Shown piece by piece: positions 39,944 through 48,911 of a stretch of DNA of 64,000 bases. Origin of the DNA: Nostoc sp. DedSLP01 (GTDB lineage Bacteria > Cyanobacteriota > Cyanobacteriia > Cyanobacteriales > Nostocaceae); contig JAVRCJ020000019.1 of the NCBI GenBank assembly GCA_034530875.2, positions 104,410 through 168,409 of the forward strand, in the 5' to 3' direction. The notes beneath the pieces are model-generated. The model did not search any database. It was given only the letters and a program-made list of their open reading frames with translations, and was not told where the DNA came from. Each line of letters opens with the position of its first letter. The stretch's first letter is position 1. A program made the position numbers and the translations under genes.

Positions 39944-40237
39944 TTAGGAAATTAAAAGGTAACGGATTAAAATACTCATCACCTCATCAGGGTTAGCTGT
40001 TGGTAGTAGCTGACTCCAATCTGTGACGTGTGCATACCCAACTAAATGCAAACGGTTAATTGTACTAGTGACGCCTTTGGGAGAACCAATCAAGATATGT
40101 TTAATTCGTTCTCTTTTTGGTAATGGCTTTTGAGTAGATTCTTTGAGGGTAGATGCATCAAAGTCTTGACTAGCCAAAAACTGTTGCAACTCTACTTGAA
40201 CGAATTGATTATCGTCGAGCTTTTGTACTTGTGCCAT
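39944..40237 (-). CDS. Small conserved cyanobacterial hypothetical protein (paralog of 10251-10499)
   Basis: RERIKHILIGSP..VTSTINRLHLVGYA..DWS..EVMSILIR; AGGAG SD upstream. Confidence 0.75.
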   Translation of the reverse strand: MAQVQKLDDNQFVQVELQQFLASQDFDASTLKESTQKPLPKRERIKHILIGSPKGVTSTINRLHLVGYAHVTDWSQLLPTANPDEVMSILIRYLLIS

Positions 40238-40320
40238 GATGTAATTGACTCCTAGAGTAGGGGTTAAAGAAAGGCGATCGCAGACTCTTGCCGGAGGGCG
40301 ATCGCCTTTCTCATGCTGAA

Positions 40321-40349
40321 ATAATATAGTATAAAATTATACTTGTCAA
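40321..40349 (-). promoter_or_regulatory. Sigma70-type promoter TTGACA-N17-TATTAT with a palindrome filling the spacer
   Basis: Minus strand reads TTGACA agtataattttatacta TATTAT. The spacer holds AGTATAA-N2-TTATACT (40328-40343). Confidence 0.6.
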
Positions 40350-40538
40350 CTATTAATTCAAAAAAGATTGACAACAAATCGCTATTTTTAAGTTGGACTT
40401 TTAAGAGGTTTTCAAAAAATTCAGCATTTAATAGAAATTAAAGTGTTGACTACAAAAATATCCCCGACTTTTTCAAAAAGTCGGGGATCTGATTTCTTGT
40501 TTAAGTACTGCCTCCCCTGCTCTTTCAAGCTAGGTGAA

Positions 40539-40976
40539 TTATTGCAGCAAAGGAACTGTGCCGTTACCGTTAGTTGATGCATTGGCAATTACAGCTTGAG
40601 CAGGTTGGGTAGCAAGAACCGTTGTAACTGGAGTAACTTTTGAAGTAGATTTTTTAGTTCGTTTTCGAGTAGAACCGCCAGCCTTGGAATACTCCATACT
40701 TTTTTTGCCGTAGACAGTTGCAACTCCAGTTAGCATTCGTTCAGACATTTCGGAGAGAGCTTCCTCGTTCTGAGCAACTGTTTTACGCGATTCTTCAAGA
40801 TTGGACAAAAGGGTGTTATGAGCTTCTACGCTCGCACGGGTACTATTGATTAGGTTGTTGTAGGCTTCAATACTTAACCCATGTCCTAAATTCAGATTTT
40901 CATCAATGGATTTAAGCGAGGCGAGACGACGTTGAGCTTTATCAACAGTAGCAGAACCACGAGTTCTTAAAGACAT
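40539..40976 (-). CDS. Conserved hypothetical coiled-coil protein
   Basis: KAQRRLASLKSIDENLNLGHGLS...SERMLTGVATVYGKKSMEYSKAGG followed by a basic tail; a recurring family of unknown function. Confidence 0.75.
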   Translation of the reverse strand: MSLRTRGSATVDKAQRRLASLKSIDENLNLGHGLSIEAYNNLINSTRASVEAHNTLLSNLEESRKTVAQNEEALSEMSERMLTGVATVYGKKSMEYSKAGGSTRKRTKKSTSKVTPVTTVLATQPAQAVIANASTNGNGTVPLLQ

Positions 40977-41157
40977 GAGATATCCTTTTTTGATAATCCT
41001 TTTTCAAAATAGTGGAGTATCCTTTTGTCTGAGATGGGTAGTTTTGGGGATTTATTTCATTAAAAGTTCAACGAAATAATTACTAAGTAGCCTGTGTTTT
41101 TACTCATTTTTCATATCAATTTTTTGTTTGAGAATAAGTGCAATCCGCAAAAGTAAT

Positions 41158-41405
41158 CACCAAAATCAAAATTGCAGTCGCAAAATTATAAAAACGACCG
41201 CCAAAATCAAAATTGCAGTCGCAAAATTATAAAAACGACCGCCAAAATCAAAATTGCAGTCGCAAAATTATAAAAACGACCGCCAAAATCATAAATGCAG
41301 TCGCAAAATTATAAAAACGACCGCCAAAATCAAAATTGCAGTCGCAAAATCATAAATGCGACTGCTGAAATCGAAATTGCGATCGCAAAAGCTATAAATG
41401 CGACT
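41158..41405. repeat. Tandem array with 41-bp period (20+21-bp subunits), ~5 copies plus a degenerate tail
   Basis: caaaatcaaaattgcagtcg-caaaattataaaaacgaccgc; units start at 41161, 41202, 41243, 41284 and 41325. Confidence 0.9.
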
Positions 41406-41444
41406 AAGGGGAAACTAGAACATCTAATTCTCTCCCTTTTATAA

Positions 41445-41694
41445 GGCTACGGTGTAGACACAAGTTATCGAATTACCCCTCCCTAACCCTCCCCTTGTAA
41501 AGAGGAGGGAACTAGATCTTCTTTTTTCCCCCCTCTTTACAAAAAGAGGATTAAGAGGGAAGGGAACTAGATCTTCTTTTTTCCCCCTCCTTTACGAAAA
41601 GGCATTAAGAAGGGAGGGAACTAGATTTCTCTTTTTCCCCCCTTTACAAGGGGGGATTAAGGGGGGTAATCCAACTTGGGTGTACACGATAGCC
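41445..41694. mobile_element. MITE with GGCTACGGTGTA-type TIRs
   Basis: ggctacggtgtagacacaagt ... acttgggtgtacacgatagcc, with internal triplication of agggaactagatc...ttttttcccc. Same family as 37207-37364. Confidence 0.7.
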
Positions 41695-42090
41695 TTTATC
41701 AGAGGAAGGTTCGGGTGAGGTAACTTCCCTCAACCTAGAAATAACTTCCCTAATTTTCTCCACCACGCCATCAATATCTTGATAAACCTCTTGATTTGTA
41801 AATCTCAAAAATCTCGTACCCTTTGATTCCAAAAATGCTTGCCTTTCGCGGTCATATTCTGGAACTCCATCTTCATAGTGACTATCACCATCAATTTCTA
41901 TGGCAAGTCTCAATTCCGAAGAATAAAAATCCACTACAAATTTGTCAATACTGTATTGTCTGCGAAATTTACAGCTTTCAACTTGTTGATTTCTAAGTTT
42001 TGCCCAAACTATTTTTTCACATAGCGGCATATTGTTTCTGAGAGTTTGCCGTTTTTGCTTTTCTGAGGTTTGGTTATACAGTTTTGTCAT
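41644..42090 (-). CDS. DUF559 (Vsr-like) endonuclease domain protein
   Basis: RQTLRNNMP.CEKIVWAKLR, KFRRQYSID.FVVDFY, LAIEIDGDSH, YDRERQAFLES.G.RFLRFTN. The C-terminus runs into the MITE. Confidence 0.88.
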   Translation of the reverse strand: MTKLYNQTSEKQKRQTLRNNMPLCEKIVWAKLRNQQVESCKFRRQYSIDKFVVDFYSSELRLAIEIDGDSHYEDGVPEYDRERQAFLESKGTRFLRFTNQEVYQDIDGVVEKIREVISRLREVTSPEPSSDKGYRVHPSWITPLNPPL

Positions 42091-42130
42091 CAGTGTTTTC
42101 ATATTCCTGGATTGTGTTTATTATTCCCAG

Positions 42131-42246
42131 GATTACCCCCCTTAATCCCCCCTTGGAAAGGGGGGAAAAAGAGATTTTGTTCCCTCCCCTTTACAAGGGG
42201 AGGGCTAGGGAGGGGTAATTCGATAACTTGCGCCTACACCGTAGCC
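42131..42246. repeat. Inverted partial copy of the GGCTACGGTGTA element upstream of DUF559
   Basis: Reverse complement ggctacggtgtaggcgcaagttatcgaattacccctccctagccctcccttgtaaagg matches 41445 onward. Confidence 0.75.
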
Positions 42247-42346
42247 TTTTTAAAGAGCATCTAAAACTTTTTACCCCCTAATTTTTCAGAAATTGAGGAT
42301 AATACTGTTGAAGCTTCATCAAGATGCATCTAACTCACACCTGCTC

Positions 42347-45300
42347 ATGAACGAACAGCGTCTACAGGCTTATTATCAGCTAATTCAAAACCTGCTCAGT
42401 TGCCCCAGCGGGGAAGAACCAGAGATATTAGCAGCAAATACAGAATTGCTAGATGCTGACTTTGTGCAGGTTGTAGCAGCAGTAGCAGATGATTTTGCAC
42501 AGCAGGGAGAAGAAAATGCTGCAAACTGGTTGAGAAACCTAGCAACACAACTTACCCCACAAACTACTCCCATCACCCAAGAAAATATAGAGACTTACGG
42601 GCAATTTTTACTAGAAATACTGCAAGCAACAGTAGACAGCAACGGCGATGCTCAAGTAATTTACCCATTACTGGCAGCAAATACCGATAAACTCAATGAT
42701 ATTTTTGCTCAATTATTGGGCCGTTGGGCAAAAAATACCTTAGCAAAAGTGGAACCAGATGCAGCAACATCCATCGCCGCAGTGATTGGTAATTTTAGTA
42801 ATCTGATTCAGCAGTTCCCCTTGGGTAGCAAAGCCAGCAACATGGAAATTGCCATCGTTGGCTACGAAATCGCCCTCACTGTTTACACCAAGAGCGCCTT
42901 TCCTGTAGATTGGGCAACGACGCAAAATAATCTGGGGAATGCTTACGCTGACAGAATATTAGGAAACAAAGCCGAAAATATTGAAAATGCGATCGCTGCA
43001 TTTACTGCGGCTCTGGAAGTAAGAACCAAGAGCGCCTTTTCTGTAAATTGGGCAACGACGCAAAATAATCTGGGGAATGCTTACCGTAACACAATATTAG
43101 GAAACAGAGCCGAGAATCTTGAAAGTGCGATCGCTGCTTATACTGCGGCACTGGAAGTTTATACTAAGAGCGCCTTTCCCGAACAATGGGCAACGACGCA
43201 AAATAATTTGGGGCTTGCTTACACTGACAGAATATTAGGAAACAGAGCCGAGAATCTTGAAAATGCGATTGCTGCTTTTACTGCCGCACTCGAAGTTAGA
43301 ACCCGCAGCGCCTTTCCTGTAGATTGGGCAACCACACAAAATAATCTAGCAATTGCTTATATTAACAGGATATTGGGCGCTCAAGCAGAAAATATAGAAA
43401 AAGCGATCGCTGCTTTTTCTAGAGCCTTGAATGTTTACACTCGCACTGCTTTTCCTCAAAATTGGGCAACGACATTAATTAATTTAGGGAATGCTTACCT
43501 TAAGCGAATATTGGGTGATAAGACAGGGAATATAGAACAAGCAATTACGAATTACTCTTCTGCTTTAGAAATTCTTACCTATAATGCTTTTCCCCTAGAT
43601 TGGGCAACAACGCAAAATAATTTAGGCAATGCTTATCTAGACAGAATTAAGGATGATAGAGCAAATAATATAGAACAAGCAATTGTTGCTTATACTGCTG
43701 TACTAACAGTTTATACCCGCAGTGCTTTTCCCCTAGATTGGGCAACGACACAAAATAATTTGGGAACTGCTTACAGTAGAAGAATCGAGGGTAATAGAAC
43801 AGAGAATCTGGAAAAGGCAATTGCTGCTTATAGAGCAGCACTAGAAGTATATACACCCAGCGCCTTCCCTCAAGATTGGGCAACGACACAAAATAATTTG
43901 GGAATTGCTTACTCTAATAGAATACTAGGTGAGCGAGCTGATAACCTGGAAAGGGCAATTGCTGCTTATACTGCTGCATTAAAAGTTTATACTCGCAGTG
44001 CTTTTCCCCTAGATTGGGCAACAACACTAATTAATTTAGGCAATGCTTACCTTGACCGAATATTAGGTGATAAAGCAGAAAATATAGAACAAGCAATTGC
44101 AGCTTACACCACTGCACAAGAAGTTTATACCCAAAATGCTTTTCCTAAACAATGGGCAACGACGCAAAATAATCTGGAGATTGCTTATGGTTATAGAGTT
44201 ACTGACAAAATAGAAAGTAGAGAACAGAAAATCGCAGTTTATATTTCCCGAACAGAAGCTTTATTCAATATCGGCAATACTTACCAAAATGTTGCAGAAT
44301 TTGATTTAGCATATACAACATACGAGTCGGCAATTATAACTTTTGAATATGTCCGTGAAAGTCTTATCGATGATGAGGTAATAAAACGTAATTTATCAGA
44401 AAACTGGAGCAAGCTTTATCAAAATATGGTAGAAGTTTGTCTTCATCAGGGAGAATATACTAAAGCAATAGAATATATTGAACGCAGCAAAACTCGCAAT
44501 TTAGTAGAACTCTTAGCGAAAGCAACATTAACAAGTCCAGAAAATTCACGTTTAGTTGGTAGCAGGATCGAATTTTCAGAAATTCAAAACCTCTTAGATA
44601 ATAAAACTGCAATCATTCAATGGTACATCTTTAATGATTGTTTTCGCGCTTTCATCATGAGCCATGAAAACAACAAGCCAGCCATTTGGCATTCTAGCGA
44701 ACAAGATTTAGATGCCTTAATCGATTGGAGAGATGAATATCTACGCGACTACTACAACCCGGAAGACCAAAATAAAATTCAATGGCAAAATCAGCTAGAA
44801 CAACGCCTAAAAAATTTAGCAGAAATTCTGCATCTTGAGGAAGTTTTAGACCTAGTACCCAAACAACGCAAAAGATTAATCCTGATTCCTCATCGCTACT
44901 TACACCTGTTTCCTCTCCATGCTTTACCTGTCAAGGAATCATACCTCATTGACTTATTCCCCAACGGCGTAGGCTATGCACCCAGTTGTCAACTTTTGCA
45001 ACAAATCCAACTGCGTCAACGTCCTGATTTTCAATCTTTCTTTGCCATCCAAAATCCTACAAAAGATTTATATCAAGACTATGAGAAAGATTTAGGAGCA
45101 GTTGCAGCTATTAAAAAACAGTTTACCGAACGTCAGATTTTGAAGCAAGACGAAGCCAAAAAATCAGCAATTCTCTGTATTAATGAAAATCCTGACAATG
45201 TTATGCTATATGAAAAATTGCTGAAAGCTAACTGTGCGTTTTTCTTCTGTCATGGATACTTTAACTTTGCTTCTCCGCAAGATTCTGGTTTAAAGTTAGC

Positions 45301-45760
45301 TGATGGCAACCTGACTTTAGCAGATATAATTACTCACTTCAAACTAGAAAACTGTCGCCTAGTTACTCTCTCTGCTTGCGAAACTGGTTTGACTGACTTC
45401 ACAAGCACTAGTGATGAATACATTGGTTTACCCAGTGGATTTTTGTTAGCTGGTAGCACCAATGTAGTCAGTAGCCTTTGGACAGTCAGTGCTACAGCTA
45501 CAGCTTTATTAATGATTAAATTTTACGAAGAACTCCAGCAGGAAATTAATATTGTATTAGCTTTAAATACAGCACAACGTTGGTTAAGAGATACAACAGT
45601 CAAAGGCTTTCAAGATTGGCTGAGTAACTCCTCACTTAGTTTAGTTTGGCAAGCACAACTCAATCAATACTTTGCTGCTAATTATGAAAATACCTCAATC
45701 AAACCTTTTGAATCACCTTTTTATTGGGCTGCTTTTTGCAACATAGGTAAAGGAGTTTAG
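42347..45760 (+). CDS. TPR-repeat CHAT (caspase-like) protease
   Basis: Ten ~40-aa repeats (FPxDWATTQNNLGxAY) and a CHAT domain with intact catalytic FCHG (His) and LSACETG (Cys), plus VVSSLW and PFYWAAF. Start set at ATG 42347. Confidence 0.92.
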   Translation: MNEQRLQAYYQLIQNLLSCPSGEEPEILAANTELLDADFVQVVAAVADDFAQQGEENAANWLRNLATQLTPQTTPITQENIETYGQFLLEILQATVDSNGDAQVIYPLLAANTDKLNDIFAQLLGRWAKNTLAKVEPDAATSIAAVIGNFSNLIQQFPLGSKASNMEIAIVGYEIALTVYTKSAFPVDWATTQNNLGNAYADRILGNKAENIENAIAAFTAALEVRTKSAFSVNWATTQNNLGNAYRNTILGNRAENLESAIAAYTAALEVYTKSAFPEQWATTQNNLGLAYTDRILGNRAENLENAIAAFTAALEVRTRSAFPVDWATTQNNLAIAYINRILGAQAENIEKAIAAFSRALNVYTRTAFPQNWATTLINLGNAYLKRILGDKTGNIEQAITNYSSALEILTYNAFPLDWATTQNNLGNAYLDRIKDDRANNIEQAIVAYTAVLTVYTRSAFPLDWATTQNNLGTAYSRRIEGNRTENLEKAIAAYRAALEVYTPSAFPQDWATTQNNLGIAYSNRILGERADNLERAIAAYTAALKVYTRSAFPLDWATTLINLGNAYLDRILGDKAENIEQAIAAYTTAQEVYTQNAFPKQWATTQNNLEIAYGYRVTDKIESREQKIAVYISRTEALFNIGNTYQNVAEFDLAYTTYESAIITFEYVRESLIDDEVIKRNLSENWSKLYQNMVEVCLHQGEYTKAIEYIERSKTRNLVELLAKATLTSPENSRLVGSRIEFSEIQNLLDNKTAIIQWYIFNDCFRAFIMSHENNKPAIWHSSEQDLDALIDWRDEYLRDYYNPEDQNKIQWQNQLEQRLKNLAEILHLEEVLDLVPKQRKRLILIPHRYLHLFPLHALPVKESYLIDLFPNGVGYAPSCQLLQQIQLRQRPDFQSFFAIQNPTKDLYQDYEKDLGAVAAIKKQFTERQILKQDEAKKSAILCINENPDNVMLYEKLLKANCAFFFCHGYFNFASPQDSGLKLADGNLTLADIITHFKLENCRLVTLSACETGLTDFTSTSDEYIGLPSGFLLAGSTNVVSSLWTVSATATALLMIKFYEELQQEINIVLALNTAQRWLRDTTVKGFQDWLSNSSLSLVWQAQLNQYFAANYENTSIKPFESPFYWAAFCNIGKGV

Positions 45761-45763
45761 AAA

Positions 45764-46138
45764 ATGTCTATTTATAAAAATAGCGTCAAAGCTTTTAATC
45801 AATTGCTTGACTCTCAATCAAAATTGATTTCGACTCCAGACTGGGAGGAATTAGAGAAACTACGTAGTCAGCTACCAGAAGATGATGAGGAAATCTCAGA
45901 AATTATAGAAAATTGGTTGCAACCACAATCCCGCAGTCAACTTCTAGAAGCTTACAAGCAAAACCTACAATCACTCAGTGCGGCATCTCCTATTAATATA
46001 GATAGAAACATCGGAATAGCTAATAGTAAATCCCAGACTCCAGCCAATCAACCTAGCGAATCATCAAAGGAATTAACAGAAAATGCTATAAAAAGGAATT
46101 CTCCTTTATCTGACAACACGAAACCCGACAAAAAATAG
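45764..46138 (+). CDS. Small protein coupled to the TPR-CHAT protease (CATASP-like by position)
   Basis: Starts 3 bp after the CHAT stop; helical acidic N-half and disordered C-half; its stop overlaps the next start. Confidence 0.65.
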   Translation: MSIYKNSVKAFNQLLDSQSKLISTPDWEELEKLRSQLPEDDEEISEIIENWLQPQSRSQLLEAYKQNLQSLSAASPINIDRNIGIANSKSQTPANQPSESSKELTENAIKRNSPLSDNTKPDKK

Positions 46139-47523
46139 TGAAGAATTTCAGCCTCAGCCTCTATGCTTTTCATCTTTGCCACACCTTTACTCAACTTCCC
46201 GGTGAAGTTGTGCCAGATGCGAATCTCTTGTGGGAAAATCTGGTGAAAGTGGGAGAAACTTCGCTAACTTTTGTTGACTTGAAAGATTTACGCTCAAAAT
46301 TAATTTGTTATCAAAATAATATATACGACCCGAAGCGCGAACAAGGAAGAAAAACAGAATGGTTAACTGATTCGGGAATTTTAGATTTGGGTAGTCTTCC
46401 CACAACAGAAGGCTTTAAAATTAATGCCAACCTTCAGCCTTTCTTGCTGAACGATACCTACGCCGTTGATTTGACTCTCTTTGCAGAATCACCAAACATT
46501 TCCATAGATATACCACAACTGCAACACTTTAAACCAAGTTCTCTACTACCATCTCATATTCAAGCATCTTTAGGACAAACATTGTGGATTTATGGAGAAG
46601 TAGATCCAAATGAAGATTGTGATACACTAGCTAAAAAATTTGCCATAGCGTTAGTAGCAGGGACAAATTTAAATCCTGTAAGAACAGAACAAGGAGAACT
46701 GTTTGGTAGTCTTTTATTTGAATACCAAGCACTCGACCCAAATGAACCAGATAATCTTACTAAACAATGTCATATTTTAATAGTTATTAATAATAACCAA
46801 GCTGCAACAGGAATGCTAGCAGAATCAGCCTATAACTGGTTGCTCAATTTACTTTGTAGCTACCACAAAATACTTTACATTTATCAACTAGCTCGTCAAC
46901 GCTACCGAGAAGCGAGAACAATTTATAGCGAACTAGAAAATAAAATTCAAAAATTTAACAGTTTAGTATCTGAAAATCAAATACAATTATCTGGTTTAAA
47001 AAGCTTAATGGGAAAAATCCCCAAAAAAAGCTTTGATTACGCCAGATGCTTGCAAGATTTACAAACCCATCGCACAGCAATTACTACTAATATCAATAAT
47101 TACAAAACTTGTTTAGAGAATATTCACAATATTGGTAGTGGAAATAGTCCTCAATCTTGGCAATATTTTATTAATAAAGACTGTAATAAATGGCAACAAC
47201 AAATCCAAACAGATATTAATTATCTAGCTCCAGGTCAAGAATTATTTGTGCAGTTAGTTGATACAATTAGAGGAATAGTAGAAACAGAACAAGCAGAAAG
47301 CGATCGCTCATTAGAAAATACCATCCAAATATTAGGTATAGGCTTTGGCGGTGGTGCGATCGCCTCTGGTATAATCGTCCAACACATCGACAAAATTAAT
47401 CAACCCATAGCTGCGATATCTCCTAAAAACCCTCCTCATCCTTTTTGGGCATCTCTGTTTTTAAGTCTTGTAGCTACATTGTTGTTTATCGCTTTGGGTT
47501 GGTGGATAACTAAACGGAGATAG
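46138..47523 (+). CDS. Membrane protein with long helical stalk and two C-terminal TM segments (CATRA/CorA-like architecture)
   Basis: GTG start overlaps the previous TAG. Alpha/beta N-region, long coiled helices, then ILGIGFGGGAIASGIIV and FWASLFLSLVATLLFIALGWWITKRR. Confidence 0.7.
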   Translation: MKNFSLSLYAFHLCHTFTQLPGEVVPDANLLWENLVKVGETSLTFVDLKDLRSKLICYQNNIYDPKREQGRKTEWLTDSGILDLGSLPTTEGFKINANLQPFLLNDTYAVDLTLFAESPNISIDIPQLQHFKPSSLLPSHIQASLGQTLWIYGEVDPNEDCDTLAKKFAIALVAGTNLNPVRTEQGELFGSLLFEYQALDPNEPDNLTKQCHILIVINNNQAATGMLAESAYNWLLNLLCSYHKILYIYQLARQRYREARTIYSELENKIQKFNSLVSENQIQLSGLKSLMGKIPKKSFDYARCLQDLQTHRTAITTNINNYKTCLENIHNIGSGNSPQSWQYFINKDCNKWQQQIQTDINYLAPGQELFVQLVDTIRGIVETEQAESDRSLENTIQILGIGFGGGAIASGIIVQHIDKINQPIAAISPKNPPHPFWASLFLSLVATLLFIALGWWITKRR

Positions 47524-47632
47524 AGATGTTTTTTGAAGAAGACGGCAACAAAATTGTTCAATCTCTCGCCAAGTTCGTAGCCAGTGAAGGTATTGTAATA
47601 AAAGCGATTCCTGGATAAGACAAAAAATTTAT

Positions 47633-48826
47633 ATGACCTCAGTTTCTCCTCACAAAAAAGCTAAAGCCCTCAAACCTACTAGCCGTCGCCCTGCTAAAGA
47701 ACTTTGTAGCGAGTGCGGACTGTGCGATACATATTATATTCATTATGTCAAGGAAGCCTGCGCTTTTATTAATCAGCAAATAGGCGAACTTGAAGAACAA
47801 GCGCATAGGCGATCGCGCAATCTCGACAACCCTGATGAGCTATACTTTGGTGTCCATCAAGACATGATGGCAGCGCGAAAACAGCAACCAATAGCAGGCG
47901 CACAATGGACAGGAATTGTTAGCAGCATTGCCATTGAAATGCTCAATCGCGGCTTAGTTGAAGGTGTTGTCTGCGTCCAAAACACCAAAGAAGACCGCTT
48001 TCAACCCATGCCCATCATCGCCCGCACCCCAGAAGAAATACTTGCAGCAAGAGTAAATAAACCAACACTTTCGCCTAATCTTTCTGTATTGGAACAAATA
48101 GAAAAATCGGGACTGAAGCGGCTATTAGTAATTGGTGTTGGTTGCCAAATTCAAGCATTACGAGCTGTAGAAAAACAACTGGGTTTGGAAAAGCTGTATG
48201 TTTTGGGTACGCCTTGTGTAGATAATGTTAACCGTGCTGGACTACAAAAATTCTTAGAAACTACTAGCCGATCGCCACAGACAGTTGTACATTACGAATT
48301 CATGCAAGACTTTCGGGTTCACTTCAAACATGAAGATGGCTCAACAGAAACCGTACCATTCTTTGGCTTGAAGACTAATAAACTCAAAGATGTTTTTGCC
48401 CCATCTTGTATGAGTTGCTTTGATTACGTCAATTCCCTAGCAGATTTAGTCGTCGGCTACATGGGCGCACCCTTCGGTTGGCAGTGGATTGTAGTTAGAA
48501 ATGACACTGGTAAGGAAATGCTCGATTTGGTGAAAGACCAGTTAGATACGCAGCCAGTGATGTCGAAAGGGAATCGTAAGGAAGCTGTACAGCAAAGCAT
48601 TCCTGCTTACGATAAAGGGGTGACTCTGCCGATGTGGGCTGCAAAGCTTATGGGTGTGGTAATTGAGAAAATCGGCCCTAAGGGTTTGGAATATGCGCGG
48701 TTTTCTATTGATTCGCACTTTACTCGGAATTATTTGTATGTGAAGCGGAATCATCCAGAGAAATTAGAGGAGCATGTTCCGGAGTATGCTAAGCGTATTG
48801 TTGGGCAGTATGAGTTGCCTGAGTAA
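47633..48826 (+). CDS. bciB: Ferredoxin-dependent 8-vinyl (divinyl chlorophyllide) reductase, F420-hydrogenase beta-like
   Basis: PAKELCSECGLCDT, GAQWTGIV, GVGCQ, LGTPCVDN, APSCMSCFDY. Confidence 0.85.
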   Translation: MTSVSPHKKAKALKPTSRRPAKELCSECGLCDTYYIHYVKEACAFINQQIGELEEQAHRRSRNLDNPDELYFGVHQDMMAARKQQPIAGAQWTGIVSSIAIEMLNRGLVEGVVCVQNTKEDRFQPMPIIARTPEEILAARVNKPTLSPNLSVLEQIEKSGLKRLLVIGVGCQIQALRAVEKQLGLEKLYVLGTPCVDNVNRAGLQKFLETTSRSPQTVVHYEFMQDFRVHFKHEDGSTETVPFFGLKTNKLKDVFAPSCMSCFDYVNSLADLVVGYMGAPFGWQWIVVRNDTGKEMLDLVKDQLDTQPVMSKGNRKEAVQQSIPAYDKGVTLPMWAAKLMGVVIEKIGPKGLEYARFSIDSHFTRNYLYVKRNHPEKLEEHVPEYAKRIVGQYELPE

Positions 48827-48843
48827 TCTCACGCACGGACACT

Positions 48844-48872
48844 GTAGAGACGTAGCACTGCTACGTCTCTAC
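48844..48872. repeat. GTAG-type REP palindrome
   Basis: gtagagacgtagcactgctacgtctctac. Confidence 0.75.
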
Positions 48873-48911
48873 AAGGATTTCGGGTAACGCAGAATTCATT
48901 TCTAGAGATAT

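Noticed and set aside
40328..40343. LexA box
   Set aside because: AGTATAAAATTATACT differs in length and core from the cyanobacterial RGTAC-N3-DGTWCB consensus; the binding regulator is left unassigned.
41158..41405. Possible CRISPR array
   Set aside because: The units are contiguous and near-identical, with no unique spacers and no cas genes nearby; it is a tandem repeat.
42070..42264. 64-aa ORF
   Set aside because: It is translated palindromic repeat (PPLIPPWKGG) antisense to DUF559.
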